DNA of 64,000 nt from Candidatus Latescibacterota bacterium (GTDB lineage: Bacteria > Latescibacterota > UBA2968 > GCA-2709665). Made by a program: the position numbers and the translations under genes. Under the pieces are notes generated by a model. It worked only from the letters and a program-made list of their open reading frames with translations. It searched no databases and had not been told where the DNA came from. Where the stretch lies: positions 5,152,001 to 5,216,000 of the forward strand of contig OZ252100.1 of NCBI GenBank assembly GCA_965248435.1, in the 5' to 3' direction. Every line of letters starts with the position of its first letter. The first letter of the stretch is position 1. Positions 47,607 to 57,120 of this stretch are shown one piece after another.

Positions 47607-48440
47607 GTGTCTGATTCGAATGAATCGACTGTCAACAAGGACCTGATCGTTCAGGGGCTGCGATCGCTGGGTTTGCAACGGGGCGATGTGGTGATGGTGC
47701 ACTCGTCCTTGAGCAGCTTTGGCCGCGTGGATGGCGGAGCCGACGCTGTAATCGATGCGCTGTTGGAGACGCTGGGTGAGGCAGGGACGCTGCTCATGCC
47801 GTCACACACAGACGTCCCGTCGAACAGTGCGGAATACGACCCGGAGACCACGCCGGTCCGAAAAAACATCGGCCGCATTCCAGCCACGTTCTGGCGCCGT
47901 CCCGATGTGCTGAGGGGCGCCCATCCACCCCGTCATCCCTGGGCTGCCAAGGGGCGGCTGGCGGCCGGATTGATTCGGCTGAGTGAAAGCCGCGCCATCG
48001 GCTCGCACCACGTGGCCGGAATTCTGAACGCGCTGGCGGCGCTGGATGGCTACATTATGACGATCGGGTGCAGCAACGAGGAAAACACGAGCATCCACAC
48101 GGCGCAGGTGGCTGCCTACAACGCTGTCGAGGGCGCGAACACGCAGAGGGCGGAGTTCCTGAAAGTAGAGGACCGCAACAGGGTGGACAAGCCGATGCTG
48201 GAAGCAGGCACGATGCGTATGGGGCAGATCGGCGACGCAAAGATCCGGCTGATGAAGTCACAAGGTTTTTTCGACGCGGTCAGGATGCTCTATGAAACGA
48301 AGTACCGGGGCAAGCTGATCGAAGTCCAGGACTACAGCGACGACCCGGACTATCCCAGTCGCGCAGAGTGTGAGGCGATGATCGAGGCGTTGAAGGACGA
48401 GGCGGCTGCGGAGATGTCAGACGAGACAACAACATTCTAG
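47607..48440 (+). CDS. AAC(3)/YokD-family N-acetyltransferase-like protein
   Basis: LGLxxGDVVMVHSSLSSFGxVxGGA, GTLLMP, NTSIH. Confidence 0.85.
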   Translation: MSDSNESTVNKDLIVQGLRSLGLQRGDVVMVHSSLSSFGRVDGGADAVIDALLETLGEAGTLLMPSHTDVPSNSAEYDPETTPVRKNIGRIPATFWRRPDVLRGAHPPRHPWAAKGRLAAGLIRLSESRAIGSHHVAGILNALAALDGYIMTIGCSNEENTSIHTAQVAAYNAVEGANTQRAEFLKVEDRNRVDKPMLEAGTMRMGQIGDAKIRLMKSQGFFDAVRMLYETKYRGKLIEVQDYSDDPDYPSRAECEAMIEALKDEAAAEMSDETTTF

Positions 48441-48454
48441 ACGGAGGAGGATAA

Positions 48455-49363
48455 ATGTCAAAAGTGATCTGTTTCTTCATGGCAGTGGTAGGCATTTTCC
48501 CGATGCTGCTATCAGTAAGTGTCGCTTCTGCTGAGGACCAGCACCTTTGGAAAGCGGCAGATGGCGTTTACAGATACGGCCCAGGCGACCACTATTATTC
48601 CATGTTTGTCGTGACCGATGAAGGGGTCGTTGCGATCGAACCCGTCACAACCGAGCATTCTGAGGGGTTGTTGAAAGCAATCAAAGGCGTGACCGATAAA
48701 CCCGTTCGTTATCTACTGCACAGTCACAACCACTGGGATCACTCGAAAGGAGGGCAAGTCTTTCGCGACGCAGGCGCGAAGATCGTAGCGCACGTGGAGG
48801 CCTATGAGTGGATGAAAGCCAATCCCCATCCAGATCTCGCGCTGCCGGACGAAGCCTGGGCCGGAAACCGAAGAGACCTTGTCTTGGGCGACAGAACGAT
48901 CGAGCTGCACTATCTGGGAATGAGTCACGGACTTGGCATGACCGTATTCCGGCTGCCGAAGGAGGGAATCGTCTATATTTCTGATATCGTGACCCCCAAT
49001 CGCGTCCTTTTTTCTATCGTGCCCGATTTCAACATCAAGGAGTGGGTGCGGACGTTGGCAGAAATTGAGAAGATGGATTTCCAAACCGCGATATACGCCC
49101 ATTCTAATGCTGAAGCGCCTTTCGGTAGCAAGCGAGACGTGACTCAAACGCGTGAGTTCATACAAGACTTGCAGGCAGCTATCGTGGCCGAATTCAAGAA
49201 GGGAACCCCTTTCGGAAAAATCGCCACCACTGTAAAGCTTCCAAAGTACGAGCACTGGGCGATGTACAACGAGTGGCTTCCCCTGAATGTTCTGAGAGTA
49301 ATGCTGGATATGCACATGGGGCCTTTTCCGTGGCGGCCCGACCACGCCTATGAGGCGAGGTAG
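48455..49363 (+). CDS. Secreted metallo-beta-lactamase-fold protein
   Basis: Signal peptide; SHNHWDH motif. Confidence 0.88.
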   Translation: MSKVICFFMAVVGIFPMLLSVSVASAEDQHLWKAADGVYRYGPGDHYYSMFVVTDEGVVAIEPVTTEHSEGLLKAIKGVTDKPVRYLLHSHNHWDHSKGGQVFRDAGAKIVAHVEAYEWMKANPHPDLALPDEAWAGNRRDLVLGDRTIELHYLGMSHGLGMTVFRLPKEGIVYISDIVTPNRVLFSIVPDFNIKEWVRTLAEIEKMDFQTAIYAHSNAEAPFGSKRDVTQTREFIQDLQAAIVAEFKKGTPFGKIATTVKLPKYEHWAMYNEWLPLNVLRVMLDMHMGPFPWRPDHAYEAR

Positions 49364-49471
49364 TTGATCTTCCGCGTCCAGCGATTTAACCGATGCCGGA
49401 AGGCTGGCTGGTCTCGTAATGGCAAGGCTTGATGCCGGAAGAGAGGCACAACAAGGGAGCCTGGCCCAGTC

Positions 49472-49918
49472 ATGAACGATAGAGATGACCTCTTTGACTT
49501 AGGTCGCTTTACGAGCGCACAAGAAAGTGTGTATGATCGTGCCCTCGAAGAGTTGAGAAGCGGCCGGAAGCGCACGCACTGGATGTGGTACATATTCCCG
49601 CAGATCGATGGGTTGGGGCACAGCTCGACTGCAAAACGGTATGCCATTAAGGGCATCGAAGAAGCACGAGGATACTTGGAGCATCCTGTTCTCGGACCAA
49701 GACTGCTGGAAAGTGCAGAAGCGGTTTTTGCCATCGAGGGGCGATCAGTTTCAGAAGTCCTTGGTTACCCGGATGATTTGAAGCTCAAATCGTCCATGAC
49801 ACTGTTCGCGTCTGTCACAGATCCGGACTCCGTGTTTGTTCGCGTCCTCGATAAATACTTCCAGGGCGAGCGCGATGACAGGACGTTGCAGTTGTTGGAG
49901 GGCCGCAACGAAGAATAG
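49472..49918 (+). CDS. DUF1810-family protein
   Basis: LxRFxxAQ, GRKRTHWMWYIFPQ, PDDLKLxSSMTLF. Confidence 0.93.
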   Translation: MNDRDDLFDLGRFTSAQESVYDRALEELRSGRKRTHWMWYIFPQIDGLGHSSTAKRYAIKGIEEARGYLEHPVLGPRLLESAEAVFAIEGRSVSEVLGYPDDLKLKSSMTLFASVTDPDSVFVRVLDKYFQGERDDRTLQLLEGRNEE

Positions 49919-49997
49919 ACGGGTAACAAGATACGCTCGGCGGACGAGCCACCCCACGCGGCGAGCGCCAAGCCGCTAGCCCGCAAGAGGGATACAG

Positions 49998-50414
49998 ATG
50001 GAACTAAAGGATATTGCGGATCTCTTCATAGCTGCAACGGGTAAGGTTGAGTTCTACTGGAACTTCTATACGGTTACCTTGCTCGCCCTTATCGGCTGGT
50101 TTGCCTCTATCAAGAAGGGGATCGCACTACGTCTAAAATTATTGATCACAGTTGGTTACCTACTTTTCGTGTTCATGAATCTTATCGGGCTGTTGAGCTC
50201 CTATACCTTCGCAGAAGCCCTCCGCCTAGATTTATTGTCGGCGTCGAAAACCATGCCAGGCACACTAGAGAACGCACGAGCCGTTCTTTCACAGAGATCG
50301 CTTGAGAGCCAGAAGACTTTTGCGATTTTCATCCACGCCATACTTGCGATATCGGTCCTTTATGTGGTTTGGTTTGGTCGGTTGGGGGAACAGAGGACCA
50401 ATAGAGGTGAATGA
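49998..50414 (+). CDS. Small multi-pass membrane hypothetical protein
   Basis: Three hydrophobic segments; lower GC; flanked by attC-like hairpins. Confidence 0.7.
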   Translation: MELKDIADLFIAATGKVEFYWNFYTVTLLALIGWFASIKKGIALRLKLLITVGYLLFVFMNLIGLLSSYTFAEALRLDLLSASKTMPGTLENARAVLSQRSLESQKTFAIFIHAILAISVLYVVWFGRLGEQRTNRGE

Positions 50415-50482
50415 TCCGAACGGTGGCAGACCTGCAGAAGCACTTAATTCTGCGCGTTTGCCACAACGAAAGGAGAGCACCC

Positions 50483-50866
50483 ATGAATATCCGCGGAACC
50501 GACTTTGTCTACTATCAGACCGCTGACATCGACCGGGCGATCGAGTTTTACCGCGACACGCTCGGGCTGGAGCTGCTGGGCCACTTCGAGGAGGTCAAAT
50601 GGGCGGAGTTCTCCGCGGGGAACGCGACCTTCGCCGTCAACGACCCCACGGCCTTCGACCCCAACGCCAAGCCGGCAGCGGGGGGCGCGGCGGTGGCCTT
50701 CGCGGTGGAGGACGTGGAGGCGGCGATCGCCGAGCTCCAGGGGAAAGGGGTCAAAGTCACGATTCCTACGCAGGAGACGCCTGTCTGCCATTTCGCCTGC
50801 ATCACTGACCCGGATGGTAACATGGTCTGGATCCACGAACGCAAGGATGGGACATACGGCGACTGA
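50483..50866 (+). CDS. VOC/glyoxalase-family protein
   Basis: AIEFYRDTLG, FAVEDV, DPDGN. Confidence 0.92.
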   Translation: MNIRGTDFVYYQTADIDRAIEFYRDTLGLELLGHFEEVKWAEFSAGNATFAVNDPTAFDPNAKPAAGGAAVAFAVEDVEAAIAELQGKGVKVTIPTQETPVCHFACITDPDGNMVWIHERKDGTYGD

Positions 50867-51033
50867 TCGGGCTCAATCACTTGGTCCGTGAAAACAAAGG
50901 CTTATATCCTCCAGATATAGGCCTTTTGTTGTGTGGATTCTCCCTTGTGAAAGGATTTGCAGGTGGGAAGATCCTTCTACATTTTCTTGTCTACTTAGGG
51001 GACTGCTTTTCTTGTGTCCAAAAAGGAGGAAGC

Positions 51034-51744
51034 TTGGCCAAGACAACCGTGATATCCGGCGTTGGCGCCGGACTTGGTGCATCTTTAGTCCGGAAATTCG
51101 CGAGAGAGGGTCACCAGGTGGGGATGCTCGCCCGTTCTCCCGGCTATATTCAGAGTCTGGAGGAGGAGCTGAAACGGGAGGGCCTGGCTGGGTTGGCTGT
51201 GCCGACGGATATCACCGACCCCGACCAGGTGAAGCGCGGGTTCGCGAACGTGCGAGAACAGTTCGGTCCTGTCGATATATTGATCAATCACGCCGGCAAC
51301 GCGGCCTGGGGAGATTTTTCAGGACTGACAGCGGAAGGTTTTGAACTATCGTGGCGAGTCTGTGCCCTGGGATCGTTCCTTTGCAGTAAGGAAGCGGTGC
51401 CTGACATGCTCACCAGCGGGGGCGGTGCGATGCTGTTCACGGGCGCGACGTCGTCGATTCGCGGCAGGGGAGGTGCGTCGGCCTTCAGCAGCGCGAAGTT
51501 CGCTGTGCGCGGCCTGGCGGAGGCGCTCGCCCGCGAGCTGTGGCCGAAAGGGATACACGTTGCGCACGTGATTATCGACGGCGTTCTGGATACGCCCTCA
51601 CTGCGGGAAGGGGGCGATGCAGAAGGCCCCCTGCTCGACACGGACGCCGTCGCCCAGGCCTACTGGGACCTGACTCAGCAGGGCAAAGGGGCGTGGACAC
51701 TCGAGATCGATGTGCGTCCCAACGAAGAGGATTTTTTCGTCTAG
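51034..51744 (+). CDS. Short-chain dehydrogenase/reductase
   Basis: GVGAGLG, TGATSSIRG, FSSAKF, GIHVAHVIIDG; GGAGG RBS before TTG. Confidence 0.9.
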   Translation: MAKTTVISGVGAGLGASLVRKFAREGHQVGMLARSPGYIQSLEEELKREGLAGLAVPTDITDPDQVKRGFANVREQFGPVDILINHAGNAAWGDFSGLTAEGFELSWRVCALGSFLCSKEAVPDMLTSGGGAMLFTGATSSIRGRGGASAFSSAKFAVRGLAEALARELWPKGIHVAHVIIDGVLDTPSLREGGDAEGPLLDTDAVAQAYWDLTQQGKGAWTLEIDVRPNEEDFFV

Positions 51745-51768
51745 GGCGATTCAAGACAGGAGGACGAC

Positions 51769-52167
51769 ATGGCAAACGAACTGTTTCGCGACGAGTTCGG
51801 GGCCGTTATTCATCACGTCGAAACAGACGTACTGGAACTCCACTGGCTGGAAGGAACGGCCGGAATGAGCGACGAAGATTTCAGGCGATGGTTGACGCTC
51901 TTCGCAGCGCACGGAGAGCAGGTCAAGCCGACGAACATGCTCATCGACGCGACGAAGTTTCAGTTCGCGGTCGACGGGGCCAGTACCGGTCCGTGGAGAG
52001 ATGAAAACATCATTCCACGTTACAACAGTGCCGGTGTTCAGAAAATGGCCTTTCTTCTGCCGGAGGGGGCGGCGCCGGGCAGTGAGCCAGCACCGGAAGG
52101 ACCCGCGAATTTTCCGACGGCCTATTTCGACACCGCGGCGGACGTCCAAGCCTGGTTTGCATCTTAG
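51769..52167 (+). CDS. Hypothetical protein (STAS/SpoIIAA-like)
   Basis: GGAGG RBS; LxWxxxT..LIDxxxF..W..IIP..GVxKMAF..YF pattern. Confidence 0.55.
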   Translation: MANELFRDEFGAVIHHVETDVLELHWLEGTAGMSDEDFRRWLTLFAAHGEQVKPTNMLIDATKFQFAVDGASTGPWRDENIIPRYNSAGVQKMAFLLPEGAAPGSEPAPEGPANFPTAYFDTAADVQAWFAS

Positions 52168-52180
52168 GGAGGACAGAAAT

Positions 52181-52627
52181 ATGGCGGTCAAGCCGGTCCC
52201 GGACGGATATCGTACGGTGACGCCGTATCTGGTCGTCCGTGGGGTTGCGGATTTGATCGACTTCTTGAAGCAGGCATTCGACGCTGAGGAGACGGAGCGC
52301 ATCACGCGACCTGACGGAGTTGTCGGCCATGCGGAGGTCCGGATCGGCGACTCGATCGTGATGATGGGCGAACCCCCCGGAGAGTTTGAACCCATGCCTG
52401 GAAGGATCTACCTCTATGTTTTCGACGTGGACGAAACCTACCGGCGCGCGCTGAATGCCGGTGCGACTTCAGAGACAGAGCCCGAGGACCGGTTCTACGG
52501 CGACCGCAACGGCGGGGTGAAGGACCCGTTTGGGAACATCTGGTGGATCGCTACCCGGGTAGAGAACCTGTCTTCCGAGGAGATCGCGAGACGAGCAGAG
52601 GAGGCGATGAAAGCGCAGTCGAACTAA
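52181..52627 (+). CDS. VOC/PhnB-family protein
   Basis: PVPDGYRTVTPYL, HAEVRIGDS, FYGDR..DPFGN. Confidence 0.93.
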   Translation: MAVKPVPDGYRTVTPYLVVRGVADLIDFLKQAFDAEETERITRPDGVVGHAEVRIGDSIVMMGEPPGEFEPMPGRIYLYVFDVDETYRRALNAGATSETEPEDRFYGDRNGGVKDPFGNIWWIATRVENLSSEEIARRAEEAMKAQSN

Positions 52628-52657
52628 GATGGCAAAGCATTCACGGGGATAAACATT

Positions 52658-53197
52658 ATGACCGGATCAACAGAGCACGAGATGGATGTCGCACGTTGGA
52701 CTCCGGACCACCCCAGGTGGTCCGAGCTGCTCCAGGCGTGTGAGGATCTGGATCAAGGTGGGCTGGAACAAAAGCAGAATGATGACCATTTGGGTTTCTA
52801 TACGGTGGTCGCGTATACAGAGGACGAAGTGATCGGGTTCCTGCGGTTCTGGACCCAGCAGATTGGCGTGGACGAAGAAAAGCCGCCGCTTTTCGCGAAC
52901 GGCGCGCAGGTCATCGAGGCCAAGAGTGTCGCCTTCGGCGTTCGCCCGCCGTTTCGACGGCGGGGGATCGTGCGCCGTCTGCAGGAGGCGGCGATCTCCT
53001 GGGCGCGTGAGCTGGGCTGTTACCAGCTCCGGTCCCGGAGCAGTTACTCCTGTGCGGAGAATCACGCCCTCAAGCTGTCGATGGGCTTCTGTATACAGCC
53101 GTTTGTCGGTGAAGAGCGGGATGAAAGTGCGTACTTTGTGCTGCCCCTAAAGATACAGACCGCGGACAGCAGACCACAGACCGCGGCTGTGAGATGA
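52658..53197 (+). CDS. GNAT-family acetyltransferase
   Basis: GVxPxFRRRGI motif A; NxxLxxxMGF. Confidence 0.8.
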   Translation: MTGSTEHEMDVARWTPDHPRWSELLQACEDLDQGGLEQKQNDDHLGFYTVVAYTEDEVIGFLRFWTQQIGVDEEKPPLFANGAQVIEAKSVAFGVRPPFRRRGIVRRLQEAAISWARELGCYQLRSRSSYSCAENHALKLSMGFCIQPFVGEERDESAYFVLPLKIQTADSRPQTAAVR

Positions 53198-53290
53198 GGA
53201 ATGTTATTCCAGACCACAGACCACGGACCGCAGACCGCCAAGGTCAAGAGGCAATTCATCTCGCGGTCCGCCGTCCGTCGTCCGCCGTCA
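53155..53290. repeat. Heptamer repeat tracts in inverted arrangement
   Basis: CAGACCA/CAGACCG/CGGACCG runs, then CGGTCCG CCGTCCG TCGTCCG CCGTC. Confidence 0.75.
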
Positions 53291-53309
53291 GCTTCTAGAG
53301 GAGAACGAT

Positions 53310-54632
53310 ATGCCTAGAGGACGACCGAATGCAAACATTACTGACGTACGACACATCCACGTCTGCGGAACCAAGAACACCTACTGTGGACACCCGAGAC
53401 AGGGCGGCATCTTCAATTTCGGAAACGGCGAGATCGCCCTGATCCACAACCACGGCTCGTCCGAATACAAAGGCCCTGAGGATGTCCACCACGGACACGT
53501 GGGATATCATGGAAGGGCGGTCTCGCTGCTGCAGCGATCGACGGACAATGGGGAGACGTGGCCGGAAGAGAACAACATCGTGGTCTTCGACGAGACGGCA
53601 GACATTGAAACCCGCCGGGAGTTCATCATTCGTGGGTCGGCCGAGCTGAAAGATCGAGCGCAAATCGACCTGACGGCGCCCGACGCGATCGTACATTTCG
53701 GAAACACGTGGGCGGGGCCGCCCGACGAAAAAGGGCATCCCCTGCAGGTACCGTTTGCCCTTCGCTCGGCCGACAAGGGCCATACGTGGGAGTCGACCCC
53801 GACGGTTCTCGTGCCGCCGCCCGGCCGCCAGCATCTCCACCGGGACAACACGCCGTTGATGCAGTTTCCGGACGGGACCTTGATGGGGACAGCGATGATC
53901 TGGCCGCACAGCGCGATCGCCGTCTACGGATCGGACGACAACGGGCTGACGTGGGAGTTCGTGTCCGAGGCCGTCAGCCCGGTTCCGCCTCTGCCGGCCT
54001 CCGGCAAGGCCGCGGTCGGCTATTCCGGACTGGTTCTGCTTCCGAGCGGTCGGTTGCAGTGCTATTCCGTGGAAGTCTCGGACAAGCGCAACGCCATTCT
54101 GATGTGCCATTCCGACGACGGCTACGACTGGAGCTCACCACGGTCGATCGTCGCCTGGGGACGTTCTCCCTGGGCCCCCCGACTCCGGTCCACAGGGGAC
54201 TTTGGGCGCGCGTCCTACACGTTCACCAAGCCGGACGGCTCTACGGGTACGGTCCTTTGGGACGATGGCCGGGCCGACCCCCACCTGGCCTGGATGCGGC
54301 CGGCCAGCACCGCTGATTTCATCTATCCTTCGCAGAAGCTGTATCGTTCCCAATGGCCGATGCTGCTCAGCGACGGACGGATCCTCGTCACGTTCGCCCG
54401 GCGCAAGGCGCCGTTCGGCATCGGGGGGATCGTGAGCCTGGACGGGGGCGAGACCTGGAGCGATGAGTTCATCATCCGGGACGACGCCAGCGGTCCGGAC
54501 ATCGGCTACCAGGTGGCCACCGAGCTGGACGATGGACAGATTTTCACCGCCTACTATTTCATGGTGGATGACGGCAACAACTTTGGCGGCTCCCGCTTCA
54601 TCGGCGGGAGTTTCTTCAGGCTGGAGACGTAA
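53310..54632 (+). CDS. BNR/Asp-box (sialidase-like) protein
   Basis: STDNGETW, SADKGHTW, SDDNGLTW, SLDGGETW. Confidence 0.85.
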   Translation: MPRGRPNANITDVRHIHVCGTKNTYCGHPRQGGIFNFGNGEIALIHNHGSSEYKGPEDVHHGHVGYHGRAVSLLQRSTDNGETWPEENNIVVFDETADIETRREFIIRGSAELKDRAQIDLTAPDAIVHFGNTWAGPPDEKGHPLQVPFALRSADKGHTWESTPTVLVPPPGRQHLHRDNTPLMQFPDGTLMGTAMIWPHSAIAVYGSDDNGLTWEFVSEAVSPVPPLPASGKAAVGYSGLVLLPSGRLQCYSVEVSDKRNAILMCHSDDGYDWSSPRSIVAWGRSPWAPRLRSTGDFGRASYTFTKPDGSTGTVLWDDGRADPHLAWMRPASTADFIYPSQKLYRSQWPMLLSDGRILVTFARRKAPFGIGGIVSLDGGETWSDEFIIRDDASGPDIGYQVATELDDGQIFTAYYFMVDDGNNFGGSRFIGGSFFRLET

Positions 54633-54635
54633 GCC

Positions 54636-55478
54636 TTGACCGAGAAAGTTGACTTGACGGAGCAGGTCGCATTCGTAACGGGCAGCGGACGAGGCATCGG
54701 GCGGGCAGCGGCGCTCGCGCTCGCGGAGGCGGGGGCTCCGGTCGCCGTAATCGCCCGGACCCGGGAACAGGTCCTGGAAACGGCAGCGCTCATCGAGTCC
54801 CGGGGCGGCAGGGCGCTCCCGATTTCCGCGGATGTAACGGACCCTGAGGCCGTTCAGGCCGCGGTGGATCAGACCTGTCAGAACCTCGGTCCGATAGACC
54901 TGCTCGTGAACAACGCCGCGATCGGTACGATTTCCGGTCCAATATGGGAAACCGACCCTGAGGAGTGGTGGGCCTGTCTGGAGGTGAATCTGCGCGGGCC
55001 GTTCCTTTGTGTCAGAGCAGTGGTTCCCCAGATGATATCCAGGGGAAGTGGCCGCGTGGTCAACCTCGCGAGTGGCGCCGGGACGATTCCGATCAAGTAT
55101 TTTTCGGCCTACGGAATCAGCAAGACCGCTCTGTTGAGGCTTACGGAGAACCTGGCCAGAGAAGCGGCCGAGAGTGGGGTGTGCGCGTTCTCCGTCGATC
55201 CAGGTAGCGTAAACACCGCCATGGCGGAGGGAATTTTGCATACCGAGCAGGGAAAACGCTGGCTGCCCTGGTTCTCCGGTATCTTCGAGAGTGGTGAGGA
55301 TTTCCCACCCGAAGCGGCCGCACACCTCATCAAGCTGCTGGCTTCCGGCCAGGCGGACTCTCTTTCCGGCCGGATGATCCGCGTCTCTGACGACCTTGAG
55401 AAGATGATCGCGTCGGCCGACAAGATCGAGCAGGATGCGCTCTACGCGCTGCGGATGCGAAAGCTGGACTCCGAGTAG
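54636..55478 (+). CDS. Short-chain dehydrogenase/reductase
   Basis: TGSGRGIG, NNAA, YGISK. Confidence 0.92.
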   Translation: MTEKVDLTEQVAFVTGSGRGIGRAAALALAEAGAPVAVIARTREQVLETAALIESRGGRALPISADVTDPEAVQAAVDQTCQNLGPIDLLVNNAAIGTISGPIWETDPEEWWACLEVNLRGPFLCVRAVVPQMISRGSGRVVNLASGAGTIPIKYFSAYGISKTALLRLTENLAREAAESGVCAFSVDPGSVNTAMAEGILHTEQGKRWLPWFSGIFESGEDFPPEAAAHLIKLLASGQADSLSGRMIRVSDDLEKMIASADKIEQDALYALRMRKLDSE

Positions 55479-55521
55479 AGGCATGCCCAATCAGACGCGA
55501 ATCACCAAAAGAGGAGGCGTT

Positions 55522-55941
55522 ATGAATGTGCAGCGTTTCATCATCTCAGCGATCGTTGTGTTCGCGTTTGTGTTTTTGTTCGAAATGCTGGTCCACGCCG
55601 TGATCCTCGCGGGCATCTATGAGCAGACTTCGAGCATATGGCGGTCTCATGAAGAGAGCCAGGGATATTTCGCGTATCTCGTGCTGAGTCAGCTTCTGTT
55701 CTCCATCGCGCTTGTTTTCCTCTTTACCCGCAACTACGAGGGCAAGGGGATTGGCGAAGGGGCGCGTTTTGGTTTGTATGTTGGACTCATCCTGGGGGCT
55801 GTGCAGGTCGGGGCCTACTGCTATCTGCCGATCCCATTCGTGCTTATGGTGGGCTGGGTTGTTGCCGGAGTTTTGAAGGGCCTCGGCGGCGGGATCGTTG
55901 CCTCGCTCGTCTACAAAGCCAAAGAGTCGCCAGTCGGATAG
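55522..55941 (+). CDS. Four-TM membrane protein
   Basis: Hydrophobic helices, EGxRFGLxxGL; GGAGG RBS. Confidence 0.75.
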   Translation: MNVQRFIISAIVVFAFVFLFEMLVHAVILAGIYEQTSSIWRSHEESQGYFAYLVLSQLLFSIALVFLFTRNYEGKGIGEGARFGLYVGLILGAVQVGAYCYLPIPFVLMVGWVVAGVLKGLGGGIVASLVYKAKESPVG

Positions 55942-55957
55942 GAGGGGACGTTTCAAC

Positions 55958-56938
55958 TTGGATGCCAAACAATTACACGCGGATGTGCTGCTTTTCGACG
56001 GATTGGTCGTCTCGAACTGGGGGCCTGCCGTGTTCGAGGACATGCATCGCGGTGGGCTCACGGCCGCGAACTGCACATGCTCCATCTGGGAGAATTTCAG
56101 CGGCTCGATGGACAACATCTCACAATTCAAGCGGTGGTTTGAGGAATACGACGACTTGATGATGCAGGTCTACACCGCGGAGGACATACGGCGCGCGAAA
56201 GCAGCCGGAAAGGTCGGGATTTGCCTCGGCTGGCAGAACACGTGCGGCATCGAGGATAGACTCGAACGTCTCGAGCTGTTCAAAGAACTGGGTGTCGGCA
56301 TCATGCAGGTGACCTACAACACGCAGAACTATGTGGGGTCGGGCTGCTACGAGTCGAACGACGGAGGTCTGTCAGACTTCGGCAAGGAGGTCGTGAGCGA
56401 GATGAATCGCGTCGGGATTCTGTGCGATCTCTCGCACGTCGGTCCGAACACCAGCCGCGACGTGATCCTGCATTCCAAAAAGCCGGTGGCCTACTCGCAC
56501 GTCCTGCCGGCGAACCTCAAGGCCCACCCGCGCAACAAGTCGGACGATCAGCTCAAGTTTATCATCGACCAGGGTGGATTCGTGGGCGTGACGATGTTCG
56601 CCCCCTTCCTCGCACGCGGTGCCGATTCCACGATCGAGGATTTCGTCGAGGCCATCGAGTACGTGATCGATTTGATCGGTGAAGAGCGCGTGGGAATAGG
56701 CACCGACTTCACCCAGGGCCACGGACTCGACTTTTTCGACTGGATCGCCCGGGACAAAGGCACGCGACGAAAAGTCGTCGATGTCGGCGAAGTTTTCACG
56801 CCCAAAGGGCTTGAGACCCTGAGTGACTACCCGAATCTCACGGACGCACTCGTCAAGGCCGGGTGGGACGAGCCGCGCATCCGGAAAGTGCTTGGCGAAA
56901 ACTGGCTGAACCTGTTGAGCGAGGTCTGGGGGAGCTGA
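55958..56938 (+). CDS. Membrane dipeptidase (peptidase M19) family protein
   Basis: GWQN, QVTYN, DLSHVG, HPRNKSD, GIGTDF, LGENW. Confidence 0.92.
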   Translation: MDAKQLHADVLLFDGLVVSNWGPAVFEDMHRGGLTAANCTCSIWENFSGSMDNISQFKRWFEEYDDLMMQVYTAEDIRRAKAAGKVGICLGWQNTCGIEDRLERLELFKELGVGIMQVTYNTQNYVGSGCYESNDGGLSDFGKEVVSEMNRVGILCDLSHVGPNTSRDVILHSKKPVAYSHVLPANLKAHPRNKSDDQLKFIIDQGGFVGVTMFAPFLARGADSTIEDFVEAIEYVIDLIGEERVGIGTDFTQGHGLDFFDWIARDKGTRRKVVDVGEVFTPKGLETLSDYPNLTDALVKAGWDEPRIRKVLGENWLNLLSEVWGS

Positions 56939-56940
56939 AG

Positions 56941-57120
56941 ATGATCGAAGTGGCGAACGGCGTTGAGATCTGGTGCGGTGAAGGCGGATACGACGTCCAG
57001 CTAACCGAAGACCTGGAAGCGAACATCTTCGCGTTCCTCGACAGGTGTGTGGAGTATGGTGTGACGCGCCTGTTTCCGGCGTTGAAAAGACTTCGATGCA
57101 ACGAGAAGAGGGCCACATGA
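56941..57120 (+). pseudogene. Probable truncated gene stub
   Basis: 59-aa protein-like N-terminus with RBS, ending abruptly at the next start codon. Confidence 0.45.

Noticed and set aside
54135-55490. Long antisense ORFs (also 58567-59709, 39734-40834, 24133-25086, 17625-18548)
   Set aside because: Shadows of well-supported genes in GC-rich DNA, with no recognisable motifs
44155-57120. Selenocysteine read-through at the TGA stops of the ribokinase and 56941 stubs
   Set aside because: Homology ends before the stop or the stop overlaps the next start; no Cys-equivalent position
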